From: an uncultured Sphingomonas sp.
GTDB lineage: Bacteria; Pseudomonadota; Alphaproteobacteria; Sphingomonadales; Sphingomonadaceae
Assembly: GCF_964021865.1 (NCBI RefSeq)
Contig: NZ_CAXIAM010000011.1
Span: 1,087 to 65,086, forward strand
DNA length: 64,000 nucleotides
Reading direction: 5' to 3'
The notes under the pieces were generated by a model. That model saw only the letters and a program-made list of their open reading frames with translations, made no database searches and had not been told where the DNA came from. This document shows, in pieces, positions 8,022-17,536 of this stretch. The position numbers and the translations under genes are program-made. Numbering within the stretch: the stretch's first letter is position 1; each line of letters begins with the position of its first letter.

Positions 8022-9658
8022 GCGGCGGCGGGCTCCAGCGGGCGCGCGTAGGCATAACCCTGCCCGAAGGTGCAGCCGAGCGCGGCGAGCGTCTGGCCGA
8101 CGTCGACGCCCTCGATCCCCTCGGCCACGGTCTCCATGCCCAGCGCTTGCGACAGACCAAGGATCGCACGGACGATCGCCACCTTGTCCCGGTCGGTCAG
8201 CAGCCCGGTCACGAAGCTGCGATCGATCTTCAGGACGTCAATCGGCAGCTTCTGAAGCGAGGCGAGATTCGAGAAACCGGTCCCGAAATCGTCCATCGCG
8301 ATCGTCACGCCGGTTTCCTTCAACCCGGTCAGCACGCGTGCGATCTGATCCGGATCGTTGATCAGCGCGCTTTCGGTGATCTCCAGCTTCAGCCGCGCGC
8401 CGGCCAGCCCCGAATCATGGAGCGCGCACCGCACAACCTCCGCGATCGCGTCGCGCTGCAATTGAATCGGTGACAGGTTCACCGCCACCGTCACGCCGCA
8501 ATAGCCCCCGGCATCCCGGTCCCAATCGGCCAGCGTGTGCAGCGCGCTATCCAGCGCCCAGCGGCCCAGCGGCACGATCAGACCCGATTCCTCCGCAACC
8601 GGGATGAAGCGACTCGGTTCGTGACGGACACCCTGTTCGTCTGTCCAGCGGGCCAGCGCCTCGAAGCCGCTGACCCGCCCGGTCTGCAGGTCGCAGATCG
8701 GCTGATAGACGAGGTTGAGCTGCTCGCTCTCGATCGCGCGGCGCAGCGCGGTTTCCATCGCAAATTCGGCGCGCGCCGAGTCGAGCGCCCGCGTCTGGTA
8801 TGATTCGGCGTTCTTGGTTGCCTTCGACTTCTTCATCGCCACCTGCGCGTGGCGGATCACATCCTCCGCATCGGTCACTTCGCCATCGCCGAACGCGATC
8901 CCGATCGCGCACGACACGCGCAATTCGTATTCGCTCAGCCTGAACGGTGTGGCCAGCGCATCGCGGATGCGCCGGGCGACCTGATCGGCCTCCGAGCGAT
9001 CCGAATCGATCGTCAGCAAGACGCCGAACTCATCGCCGCCGGTGCGCGCCAGCGTGTCACCGCTGCGCAGCGCGCCCTTGATCCGCCGCGCGACGGTGAT
9101 CAGCAATTCGTCCCCGGTCAGCGATCCCAGGCATGCGTTGAAGCGGCTGAAGCGATCGAGATCGATCATCAGCACCGCCCAGCAGGCGTTGCCCTGCGCG
9201 ATGCTCGCCTCCAGCGCGTCGGTGAAGCCGCCGCGATTGGGCAGCCCGGTCAGGCTGTCGGTCGACATCTCACGGCGTAGCGTCTCTTCAGTGCGCACCT
9301 CGGCAGTCTGGTCGACGAACGAGGCGATGCACGCCTGATCGGCACGATGAGGCAGTCGTGACAGCGTCAGGCGATAATGCCGCCGTTCGACCAGCGCGCC
9401 CGTCTGCCAGTCGCGCTCCTCGTGCTCCGCCGAAGACGCAAGGAACGCCTCGACAATCGGCTTCAGGTTCGGCTCGTCGATCAACCGTGCCCGCGTGAAG
9501 GCGCGATTGAACGCCTCGAACCGAGCGTGCCCCTTAGTCAGCGACATCAGCGCGAGCGGAATCGGAACCAGCTCCAACGATCCCCGATGCGCGATCACGT
9601 CGGTCGACTCGGGCAGAGTCACCAGGTGCCGAGTCAGCCATGTCGCACGCGTTGCCAT
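7991..9658 (-). CDS. Bifunctional diguanylate cyclase/phosphodiesterase (sensor-GGDEF-EAL)
   Basis: RSGD...GGDEFGVLL (I-site plus GGDEF) and GFEALARW (EAL) motifs. Confidence 0.9.
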   Translation of the reverse strand: MATRATWLTRHLVTLPESTDVIAHRGSLELVPIPLALMSLTKGHARFEAFNRAFTRARLIDEPNLKPIVEAFLASSAEHEERDWQTGALVERRHYRLTLSRLPHRADQACIASFVDQTAEVRTEETLRREMSTDSLTGLPNRGGFTDALEASIAQGNACWAVLMIDLDRFSRFNACLGSLTGDELLITVARRIKGALRSGDTLARTGGDEFGVLLTIDSDRSEADQVARRIRDALATPFRLSEYELRVSCAIGIAFGDGEVTDAEDVIRHAQVAMKKSKATKNAESYQTRALDSARAEFAMETALRRAIESEQLNLVYQPICDLQTGRVSGFEALARWTDEQGVRHEPSRFIPVAEESGLIVPLGRWALDSALHTLADWDRDAGGYCGVTVAVNLSPIQLQRDAIAEVVRCALHDSGLAGARLKLEITESALINDPDQIARVLTGLKETGVTIAMDDFGTGFSNLASLQKLPIDVLKIDRSFVTGLLTDRDKVAIVRAILGLSQALGMETVAEGIEGVDVGQTLAALGCTFGQGYAYARPLEPAAAYAFLRERNA

Positions 9659-9787
9659 CGCCGACCTGACTAAGGGCGAAGAGTTAAGGTCGGCTTTAAG
9701 ACCGCCGCTCGCCGCCTCGGTGATCGGTACGCTACCGACACGATCTTAATCGGCGATGGTGATCGGATGGTTAACGTGATCGCAGGG

Positions 9788-12037
9788 TCAAAACCGATTG
9801 TCACGTGGGAAGCCGTTGGGCGGCATCCGGCCCGCAGCCCCGCGCGCGGTGCGCCATTGCGACAGGTCCGTCTCGGTCCGCGTCCGCCCGCTGTCGCCTC
9901 CCATCGCCCAGCTCAGTCCTTCGGCGAACACCAGCGTCCGCGCATCCGCCAGCCCGCCGTCGCGATAGCGCTGCAGTTGCACGCCCTGTCCACGCGTCAT
10001 CTCGGGCAGGTCGGCGATCGGGAACAGCGCCAGCTTGCGATTGTCCCCGATCACCGCGACATAATCGTCGGCGGGCGCGACCGGGCGGACCACCGCCAGC
10101 GTCGCGCCGGCGCGCGGCGTCACCACCGTCTTGCCCTTGCGCGTCTCCGCGATCACCTCAGCCACCGGCACGATGAACCCGCGCCCATCGCTCGCCACCA
10201 CCAGCAGCCGCGCCGCGCGCGCCGCGCTCAGCAACGCGACGATCGGCACGCTGCCGTCGAGATCGATCGACGCGCGCACCGGCTCGCCGAAGCCGCGCCC
10301 GCCCGGCAATTTGTCCGCCGCCAGCGTGAAGAACCGCCCGTTGCCCGCCGCGAGCAGCAATTTGTCGGTCGTCTGCGCATGGAAGGCGAAAGCTGGGCCG
10401 TCGCCTTCCTTGAACTTCAGCGTCTCGGGCGCGGACAGGTCGACATGCCCCTTCATCGCGCGGATCCAGCCGCGCGCCGACAGGATCACGCTGATCGGCT
10501 CGCGCTCGATCATCGCTTCCGGCGGAATGTCGCGCGCCGCCGCCTGTTCGCGCAGTTCGGTGCGGCGCTTGCCGAGCGCGGTTTCCGGACCGTAGCGGTC
10601 GCGCACTTTGCGGAAATCGGCCTTCAGCCGCGTGCGCTGCTTCGCCTCGGAGCCGAGCAGCGCGGTCAGCGTCGCCTGTTCCTTCTCCAGCGCCGCCTGC
10701 TCGCGCTTCAGCTCCATTTCCTCCAGCCGGCGCAAGCTGCGCAGCCGCATGTTCAGGATCGCCTCGGCCTGGCGGTCGGTCAACTGGAACTCGGCGATCA
10801 TCACCGCCTTGGGCTCGTCCTCGGTGCGGATGATCTCGATGACGCGGTCGAGGTTGAGGAAGGCCACGATATAGCCGCCGACCAGCTCCAGCCGGTCGGC
10901 GATCTTGCCCAGCCGGTGCTCGGTCCGGCGGCGCAGCACGACGAACTGATGCTCGACCCACGCCGTCAGCGCCGCGCGCAGCGACATCACCCGCGGGGTC
11001 CGCCCCTTGTCGAGCACGTTGAGATTGAGGGGCACGCGCGTTTCGAGGTCGGACAGCCGGAACAGCCCGTCCATCAGCACCTGCGCGTCAACGGTGCGGC
11101 TGCGCGGCTCCAGCACGATCCGCACCTGCTCATCCGATTCGTCGCGGACGTCGGCGAGGATCGGCAGCTTCTTGTCCTCGATCAGCGCCGCGAGCTGCTC
11201 GATCAGCTTGCCTTTGGCGACGCCGTAGGGGATCTCAGACACCACCAGATGCCAGCCGCCGCCCTTCTCGGCGATCTTCTCGATCCGCGCGCGCACCCGG
11301 AACGCGCCGCGCCCGGTCGCATAGGCTTCGGCAATGATCGCCGGCGCATCCACCAGCAACCCGCCGGTCGGAAAGTCCGGCCCCTTTACATGCTCCAGGA
11401 TCGCCGCATCGTCGGCATCCGGCCGGTCGACCAGCAGGATCGCGGCGTCCATCAGCTCGGCGGCATTGTGCGGCGGCACGCTGGTCGCCATCCCGACCGC
11501 AATCCCGCTCGCCCCATTTGCCAGCAGGTTGGGGAAGGCGCCCGGGAACAACTCGGGCTCCTGCTCCTCGCCGTTATAGGTCGGGCGGAACTCGGTCGCA
11601 TCCTCGTCCAGCCCGTCCATCAGGTCGATCGCGACCTGCGTCAGCCGCGCTTCGGTATAGCGGTAGGCGGCGGCGTTATCGCCGTCGATGTTCCCGAAAT
11701 TGCCCTGCCCGTCGACCAGCGGATAGCGGAGCGCGAAGTCCTGCGCGAGCCGCACCATCGCGTCATAGACCGACTGGTCGCCATGCGGATGATATTTGCC
11801 GATCACGTCGCCGACGACGCGCGCGCACTTCTTGTAACCCGACGCAGGATCGAGCTTCAGCAACCGCATCGCCCACAGCAGCCGCCGGTGCACCGGCTTC
11901 AGGCCATCCCGCACATCGGGCAGCGACCGCGCGGTGATCGTCGACAGCGCATAGACGAGATACCGCTCGCTCAGCGCGCTGTCGAACGGCGCGTCGAGGA
12001 TGCCGATCGGGGGATTGTCGGAAAGGTCGGTGGCCAT
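9788..12037 (-). CDS. parC: DNA topoisomerase IV subunit A
   Basis: RSLPDVRDGLKPVHRRLLWAM...GKYHPHGDQSVYDAMVRLAQDF...AAYRYTEARL (catalytic Tyr region). A 749-aa size fits ParC rather than GyrA. Confidence 0.95.
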   Translation of the reverse strand: MATDLSDNPPIGILDAPFDSALSERYLVYALSTITARSLPDVRDGLKPVHRRLLWAMRLLKLDPASGYKKCARVVGDVIGKYHPHGDQSVYDAMVRLAQDFALRYPLVDGQGNFGNIDGDNAAAYRYTEARLTQVAIDLMDGLDEDATEFRPTYNGEEQEPELFPGAFPNLLANGASGIAVGMATSVPPHNAAELMDAAILLVDRPDADDAAILEHVKGPDFPTGGLLVDAPAIIAEAYATGRGAFRVRARIEKIAEKGGGWHLVVSEIPYGVAKGKLIEQLAALIEDKKLPILADVRDESDEQVRIVLEPRSRTVDAQVLMDGLFRLSDLETRVPLNLNVLDKGRTPRVMSLRAALTAWVEHQFVVLRRRTEHRLGKIADRLELVGGYIVAFLNLDRVIEIIRTEDEPKAVMIAEFQLTDRQAEAILNMRLRSLRRLEEMELKREQAALEKEQATLTALLGSEAKQRTRLKADFRKVRDRYGPETALGKRRTELREQAAARDIPPEAMIEREPISVILSARGWIRAMKGHVDLSAPETLKFKEGDGPAFAFHAQTTDKLLLAAGNGRFFTLAADKLPGGRGFGEPVRASIDLDGSVPIVALLSAARAARLLVVASDGRGFIVPVAEVIAETRKGKTVVTPRAGATLAVVRPVAPADDYVAVIGDNRKLALFPIADLPEMTRGQGVQLQRYRDGGLADARTLVFAEGLSWAMGGDSGRTRTETDLSQWRTARGAAGRMPPNGFPRDNRF

Positions 12038-12089
12038 GTCGCCGGGGGTGGTAGCAGCGCGAGGCGACGTTCCACAACCGTTCCGGACG

Positions 12090-12977
12090 TCACGCCGCCG
12101 AATCGCCGAGGGCAGCGAGCAGCCATTCGCGAAAGCGCTTGATCTTCACCACCCGCGCTCGCGCTTCGGGATAGACCAGCCAATAGCTTTCGCCATCGTT
12201 CCCGACGTGCGCGAACGGCTGCACCAGCCGCCCGGCGGCGAGATCGTTCTGCCAGAACAGCGGCGTCAGCATCGCCACCCCCTGCCCGGCGATCGCTGCG
12301 CGTCCCTCATGCGCCTGCGAGTCGAGCCGGATGCCGGTATGCCGCGCCGCCACCACGTCGAGGCCGGCATCGCGCAGCCATGTCGCCCACCACGGATCAT
12401 GCGCGCTGATCAGCGGCAGCTGCAGCAGGTCGGCGGGCGCGATCGTCCCGCCGCGTTCGGCCAAAAACGCCGGCGAGCACATGGGCGTGAAATCGAGCGT
12501 CATCAGCCGATGCGCGACCAGCCCCACCCACGGGCCCGCGCCCGAACGAATCGCGACATCCACCTCCTCGGTTACAAAATCGGCGATTCGATTGTCGGTC
12601 AGCATTCGCACCGCGGTGTCGGGGTGGATGAGCTGGAACCCGCCGAGCCGCCATGCCAGCCACAGATTGGCGAAGGTGTTGGTGGTCGACACGGTCAGCA
12701 CCGCCTCGTCCTCCGCACGCAGCCCGGCAAAGGCCGCATCGATCGAGTCGAACGCCGCGGTAAGCTGCGATGCCGTCCTTCGTCCCGCGTCGGTCAGCAG
12801 CACGCGCCGGCGCTCGCGGCGGAACAGCGGCAGGCCAAGCCGCTCTTCGAGCAACCGGATCTGATAGCTGACCGCCGCCTGCGTCATCCCCAGTTCGACC
12901 GCGGCGGCGGTGAAATTTTCGTGCCGCGCCGCGGCCTCGAAGACGCGAACGGCGGCGAGCGGCGGCAGGTGGCGCAT
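12090..12977 (-). CDS. LysR family transcriptional regulator (GcvA-like)
   Basis: MRHLPPLAAVRVFEAAARHENFTAAAVELGMTQAAVSYQIRLLE is the HTH. Start taken at 12975-12977; in-frame alternatives exist at 12995, 13004 and 13055. Confidence 0.85.
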   Translation of the reverse strand: MRHLPPLAAVRVFEAAARHENFTAAAVELGMTQAAVSYQIRLLEERLGLPLFRRERRRVLLTDAGRRTASQLTAAFDSIDAAFAGLRAEDEAVLTVSTTNTFANLWLAWRLGGFQLIHPDTAVRMLTDNRIADFVTEEVDVAIRSGAGPWVGLVAHRLMTLDFTPMCSPAFLAERGGTIAPADLLQLPLISAHDPWWATWLRDAGLDVVAARHTGIRLDSQAHEGRAAIAGQGVAMLTPLFWQNDLAAGRLVQPFAHVGNDGESYWLVYPEARARVVKIKRFREWLLAALGDSAA

Positions 12978-13078
12978 CGCCAGATGATAAGGCATGCTTA
13001 TCATCTTCGTCCATCGCTTTGTTGGCGCGGAACGGCGCTGCGGCGCATCTTCCACCGGTCTAGCGAAGGAGCATGGAC

Positions 13079-13264
13079 ATGAACGCCGACTTCGACAGCA
13101 GCGCTTACGTCACCCACCGCCGGCATCTCACCCGTACGGTCCACCGGTTCGTTCAACGTACCTTGGCGGGCATGGCGCGCCTGCAACGACGCCAGTTCGC
13201 CGCGCCGTGGCAGCCTGCGCCGCGTCTGCATTACGACAACTGCCCCTCGTCGCCCCGGACTTGA
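13079..13264 (+). CDS. Possible small protein (61 aa), divergent from the LysR gene
   Basis: AAGGAG lies 9 nt upstream of the ATG at 13079. Mostly C/G-ending codons. A 7-bp hairpin (13279-13302) follows 15 nt after the stop. No recognisable family. Confidence 0.35.
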   Translation: MNADFDSSAYVTHRRHLTRTVHRFVQRTLAGMARLQRRQFAAPWQPAPRLHYDNCPSSPRT

Positions 13265-13510
13265 TCCGGGCCCCGCTCCTTCTTGTCGCCCACGGCAAGA
13301 AGCCGGTTCCCGATCACGTCCAAGCTGACGGCATCTGGCCGTGAGCGAACAGCGTCCGCACGAGGCAAGAAGCGGGGCATAGCGGCCCGAAAAAGCGGCA
13401 AGCCGTGCGCGACGCCTTCGCGTCGACGCCGCTGCCCGCTATCACCCTCATGCTGCACCGCACCGCAGCCGCGCTCGCCCGTTACCTGAAACAGCCTTGG
13501 AGCCTGCCGT

Positions 13511-14668
13511 TTGCCACGTTACGGATTGATCGACGGGCTCCGCGGCTTCTTCCTCGTCTTCATGCTGGTCAACCACCTGGTCTTCACCGGGGGTTACTGG
13601 ATGCAGAACATCAACCACAACAAGCTGGCGTTTGTCGAGGACGCGCAGGGCTTCGTCTTCCTGTCCGGGCTGATGATCGGGCTGGTCTATGGCCGCAAGA
13701 TGCTCAAGCTCGGGTATGACGAGGGGCGAGCACAGGTCTGGCGGCGTGCGTTCCAGCTCTATCGCTATGCGATGGGGATCGTCGTCGCGGTGCTGATCGC
13801 GCGCGCGCTGCTGCCCGGCGCACCACAGGCGTGGGGCAACTGGCTTGGCCATACCAGCCTCACCGGCGACCCGCTTCGGCTCGCGGCGATTGCGACCTTC
13901 TTGTTCCAGCCGACCGTCATGGACATCCTGCCGCAATATGTCCTGTACATGCTGATCGCGCCGCCCCTGTTGCGCCGGTGCCTCGATGGGCGCGTCATGC
14001 CGGTCGCGACCGCTTCCGCGATCCTGTGGATCGCCGGGCAGCTTGCGATGCAGCGCTTCGTCACCGATCCGCTTGGGCATTGGGTCACGACCAGCGACGG
14101 ACAGGGCCTCCGCGCCAGTTTCAACCTGCTCGGCTGGCAGCTCGTCTTCTTCTCGGGCATGATCGCGGGCGCGCTCACCGCCGCCGGACGCGTCGACTGG
14201 CAGCGCGTGTTCCGCGCCGATCATACCGCCCCGGCGAAGGTCGCATTGGCGATCTGCCTGTTCTTCGCCCCGCTGCGGCTGTTCAGCGCCTTTGGGATGC
14301 TGCCGCAATGGCTGATCGACAAGATCGACACGCTCGGCATCCGTGGCGACTTCGGGCCGATCTACCTCATCAACTTCGTCGCTGCGACCACCGGGCTGAC
14401 GTGGCTGCTGATCGCCGGAAAGGACCATGCCTACCCCGGCGTCCGGCGAACCGCGATGCTTGCGCGCGGGCTGTTTTCGCTGTCGTTCCTGCGCCTGCTC
14501 GGTCGGCATTCGCTCCACGTCTATGTCTGGCACGTCGCGATCGTCTATGCGGTCTATTATGTCGACCAGACCCAGGGACCGTTCGCGACATGGCTGAAAA
14601 CCGCAATCGCGCTGACGGGGATCGTCCTGCTGGCGCTGCCCGCACTGTGGCGCGAGCGCCGCAACTGA
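13511..14668 (+). CDS. OpgC-like / acyltransferase-3-like integral membrane protein
   Basis: About 10 TM segments. N-terminus GLIDGLRGFFLVFMLVNH is typical of OpgC-family proteins. Confidence 0.8.
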   Translation: MPRYGLIDGLRGFFLVFMLVNHLVFTGGYWMQNINHNKLAFVEDAQGFVFLSGLMIGLVYGRKMLKLGYDEGRAQVWRRAFQLYRYAMGIVVAVLIARALLPGAPQAWGNWLGHTSLTGDPLRLAAIATFLFQPTVMDILPQYVLYMLIAPPLLRRCLDGRVMPVATASAILWIAGQLAMQRFVTDPLGHWVTTSDGQGLRASFNLLGWQLVFFSGMIAGALTAAGRVDWQRVFRADHTAPAKVALAICLFFAPLRLFSAFGMLPQWLIDKIDTLGIRGDFGPIYLINFVAATTGLTWLLIAGKDHAYPGVRRTAMLARGLFSLSFLRLLGRHSLHVYVWHVAIVYAVYYVDQTQGPFATWLKTAIALTGIVLLALPALWRERRN

Positions 14669-15543
14669 TCGCGCTTGCCGCGGCGTTGCTCGCCACGGCA
14701 TGTACGACCGCGATGCCGCCGACGCCGCTTACCTGGGCCGACCTGACCGCTCGACCGCGCGCCACACCCGATGCGACGATCGCCTACGGCGACGATGCGC
14801 TGCAAAAGGTTGACGTCTGGCTTCCTGCCGAACCGGGGCCGCATCGCACCGTCCTCATGGTGCACGGCGGCTGCTGGCAGACCGCGATCGCCGACCGCCG
14901 GCTGATGGACTGGGTCGCCGACGACCTGCGCCGCAGCGGCTATGCGGTGTGGAACATCGACTATCGCGGCGTCGACCGGGACGGCGGCGGCTATCCGGGC
15001 ACCTTCGCCGATGCGGCGGCGGCGGCCGACGCGCTGCGCACCCATGCCGCACGATTCGGACTCGACACGTCACGCGTCGTCGCGCTCGGCCATTCCGCGG
15101 GCGGGCACCTCGCGCTGTGGCTCGCCGCCCGCCCCCGCCTCCCTGCGACCAGCTCGCTCGCCACCCCAGACCCGCTGAAGATCGCGCATGTCATCAGCCT
15201 CGGCGGTCTCCCCGATCTCGAGGCCACCGCCGCCAGCCCCGACAATGGCTGCGGCACGGAGGTCGTAGCGAAGCTGATCGGCACCGCGCGCGCCGATCCC
15301 TATGCCGACACGTCGGTGCCACGGCTCTTCCCGCTGGGCGTCCCGCAGGACCTCGTCAACGGCCGCACCGACCGCATCATCCCGTTCCGGATGGCCACCG
15401 ATTACGTCGCCCGCGCCCGCGCCGCCGGCGACTCAGCGACGCTCCACGAGGTCGCGGACACCGGCCATGTCGAGCTGGTCACCCCCGGCACCGCCGCCTG
15501 GGCGGAGACGAAGCGGCTGATCGCAGCAGCCTTCGCGCGGTGA
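14647..15543 (+). CDS. Alpha/beta hydrolase (esterase), probable lipoprotein
   Basis: LLATAC lipobox-like signal, an HGGCW oxyanion motif and a GHSAGG nucleophile elbow. GTG at 14647 overlaps the OpgC 3' end; the ATG at 14590 is an alternative start. Confidence 0.8.
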   Translation: MARAPQLIALAAALLATACTTAMPPTPLTWADLTARPRATPDATIAYGDDALQKVDVWLPAEPGPHRTVLMVHGGCWQTAIADRRLMDWVADDLRRSGYAVWNIDYRGVDRDGGGYPGTFADAAAAADALRTHAARFGLDTSRVVALGHSAGGHLALWLAARPRLPATSSLATPDPLKIAHVISLGGLPDLEATAASPDNGCGTEVVAKLIGTARADPYADTSVPRLFPLGVPQDLVNGRTDRIIPFRMATDYVARARAAGDSATLHEVADTGHVELVTPGTAAWAETKRLIAAAFAR

Positions 15544-15553
15544 CGCTGCCGAT

Positions 15554-15582
15554 TTGCAGCCATCGCCCCCTTCCCCTATAGC
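15554..15582 (+). promoter_or_regulatory. Candidate sigma70-type promoter TTGCAG-N17-TATAGC upstream of purC
   Basis: Read by eye only. Spacer counted as 17 nt. Confidence 0.25.
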
Positions 15583-15596
15583 CGAGCTTGATTCCC

Positions 15597-15640
15597 CGCC
15601 CCGGCCGTCCGCACATCTGCGCCGCCGGGGCGCTTCTTTT
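15597..15640 (+). terminator. Intrinsic-terminator-like hairpin (9-bp stem CGCCCCGGC/GCCGGGGCG, 18-nt loop) followed by CTTCTTTT
   Basis: Perfect stem read directly. Lies 54 nt after the hydrolase stop and 11 nt before the purC ATG. Confidence 0.5.
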
Positions 15641-15651
15641 CGAGGGCAAGC

Positions 15652-16431
15652 ATGGCACGCAGGCGGCAGATCTACGAAGGCAAGGCGAAGATCCTGTACG
15701 AGGGTCCGGAGCCCGGCACGCTGATCCAGTATTTCAAGGACGACGCCACCGCCTTCAACGCCCAGAAAAAGGGCACGATCAACGGCAAGGGCGTGCTCAA
15801 CAACCGTATCTCCGAGCACATCTTCACGCTGCTCGATCACATCGGCGTGCCCACCCACTTCATCCGCCGCCTCAACATGCGCGAGCAGTTGATCCGGCAG
15901 GTCGAGATCGTGCCCATCGAGGTCGTGGTCCGCAACGTCGCCGCCGGCTCGATCAGCAAGCGGCTTGGGATCGAGGAGGGCGTAAAGCTGCCGCGCACGA
16001 TCCTCGAATATTATTACAAGGACGACGCGCTCGGCGATCCGATGATCTCCGACGAGCATATCGCGGCGTTCGGCTGGGCCAGCCAGGAAGAGATGCACGA
16101 CATTGCCGATCTGGCGATTCGCGTGAACGACTTCCTCTCGGGCCTGTTCGCGGGCGTCGGCATCCGGCTGGTCGACTTCAAGCTGGAGTTCGGCCGAATC
16201 TGGGATAACGACTACGGCCGCATCATTCTGGCGGACGAGATCAGCCCGGACGGCTGCCGGCTGTGGGACATGGCCTCCAACGAGAAGCTCGACAAGGACC
16301 GCTTCCGCCGCGACATGGGCGGCGAGGTCGAAGCCTATCAGGAAGTCGCGCGCCGGCTCGGCCTGCTGCCCGAGGGTGGCGACACCGCGGTCCTCGACCT
16401 CGACGAGCATCGCAAGAACCGCGGCAAGTAA
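15652..16431 (+). CDS. purC: Phosphoribosylaminoimidazole-succinocarboxamide (SAICAR) synthase
   Basis: [33 protein letters not shown]... is a canonical PurC N-terminus. Confidence 0.95.
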   Translation: MARRRQIYEGKAKILYEGPEPGTLIQYFKDDATAFNAQKKGTINGKGVLNNRISEHIFTLLDHIGVPTHFIRRLNMREQLIRQVEIVPIEVVVRNVAAGSISKRLGIEEGVKLPRTILEYYYKDDALGDPMISDEHIAAFGWASQEEMHDIADLAIRVNDFLSGLFAGVGIRLVDFKLEFGRIWDNDYGRIILADEISPDGCRLWDMASNEKLDKDRFRRDMGGEVEAYQEVARRLGLLPEGGDTAVLDLDEHRKNRGK

Positions 16432-16477
16432 CCGCCACGCTTGCCCCGGCGCGCGCGCCGGGGCATAGCGCGCGGCC

Positions 16478-16708
16478 ATGAAACTTCGCATCTACGTGAC
16501 GCTCAAGCCCGGCGTGCTCGATCCGCAGGGCAAGGCGATCGAACACGCCCTTTCGGGGCTCGGCTTCTCGGGCGTCGACAGCGCGCGGGTTGGCAAGCTG
16601 ATCGAGCTGGAGGTCGCCGACGACACCGCCGATGCGGACGTCGACGCGATGTGCCGGCAGTTGCTCGCCAACACCGTCATCGAAAATTATCGGATCGAGC
16701 GCGCGTGA
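16478..16708 (+). CDS. purS: FGAM synthase subunit PurS
   Basis: 76-aa [25 protein letters not shown]... Lies between purC and purQ. Confidence 0.93.
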   Translation: MKLRIYVTLKPGVLDPQGKAIEHALSGLGFSGVDSARVGKLIELEVADDTADADVDAMCRQLLANTVIENYRIERA

Positions 16709-17373
16709 AGACCGCGGTCATCGTCTTCCCCGGCTCCAACTGCGACCGCGACATCGCGGTGGCGCTGGAGCAGGCGACCGGCACCGCGCCGCATATGGTG
16801 TGGCACCGCGACACCGAACTGCCCGCCGGGATCGGCGTGGTGGCGGTGCCCGGCGGCTTCTCCTACGGCGATTATCTGCGCTCCGGTGCGCTGGCGGCAC
16901 GTTCGCCGATCATGACCGCGGTGCGCGAACAGGCGGCGCGCGGGCTGAAGGTACTCGGCGTCTGCAACGGCTTTCAGGTGCTGACCGAGGCCGGGCTGCT
17001 TCCGGGCGCGCTGATGCGCAACGCCGGGCTCAACTTCGTCTGCCGCGATGTCGCGCTGACCGTCGAGAATGCCGGCACCGTCTTCACGCGCGGCTATACG
17101 GCCGGCGAGCAGGTCCGCTTTCCGGTCGCGCACCATGACGGCAATTACGTCGCCGACCCCGAGACGCTCGACCGGCTGGAAGGCGAAGGCCAGATCGCGT
17201 TCCGCTATGCCGAGCCGGTCAACGGCAGCGCGCGCGACATCGCGGGCATCGTCAGTGCCGACGGCAACGTGCTCGGCATGATGCCCCACCCCGAGCGCCG
17301 CATCGAACCCGCGCACGGCGGCGACGACGGGAAGCGGATGTTCACCGGGCTGCTGGAGGCGGTTGGCGCCTAA
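16705..17373 (+). CDS. purQ: FGAM synthase glutaminase subunit PurQ
   Basis: [12 protein letters not shown]...[10 protein letters not shown]...CNGFQ...MPHPER. GTG at 16705 overlaps the purS stop (GTGA). Confidence 0.93.
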   Translation: MKTAVIVFPGSNCDRDIAVALEQATGTAPHMVWHRDTELPAGIGVVAVPGGFSYGDYLRSGALAARSPIMTAVREQAARGLKVLGVCNGFQVLTEAGLLPGALMRNAGLNFVCRDVALTVENAGTVFTRGYTAGEQVRFPVAHHDGNYVADPETLDRLEGEGQIAFRYAEPVNGSARDIAGIVSADGNVLGMMPHPERRIEPAHGGDDGKRMFTGLLEAVGA

Positions 17374-17536
17374 CCCCGCCCGTCGCCCGGCCCTGCGACA
17401 CGCTCAGGAGGGCGTTGATCCGGGGCCAGGCTTCTTATCCTCGGTTCGCCTGCTCCCGATGGCTCGTCGACCGTGACCGAGTCGTTCAGCCCCGGCCGTT
17501 TCCGCGGCGAACTTACGAACGACAGGACCACCGCCG

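Noticed and set aside
9767-12142. Very long antisense ORFs opposite well-supported genes (also 17513-19159, 21179-22327, 24476-25693, 26277-27614, 29736-31001, 35389-36798, 37148-38311, 38056-39474, 39309-40445, 41969-43516, 47969-49087, 53174-55273, 57020-58255, 61668-63425)
   Set aside because: Stop codons are rare in any frame of DNA this G+C-rich. The translations are dominated by Arg/Gly/Ala/Pro/Asp runs without motifs. The opposite strand carries proteins with clear family signatures.
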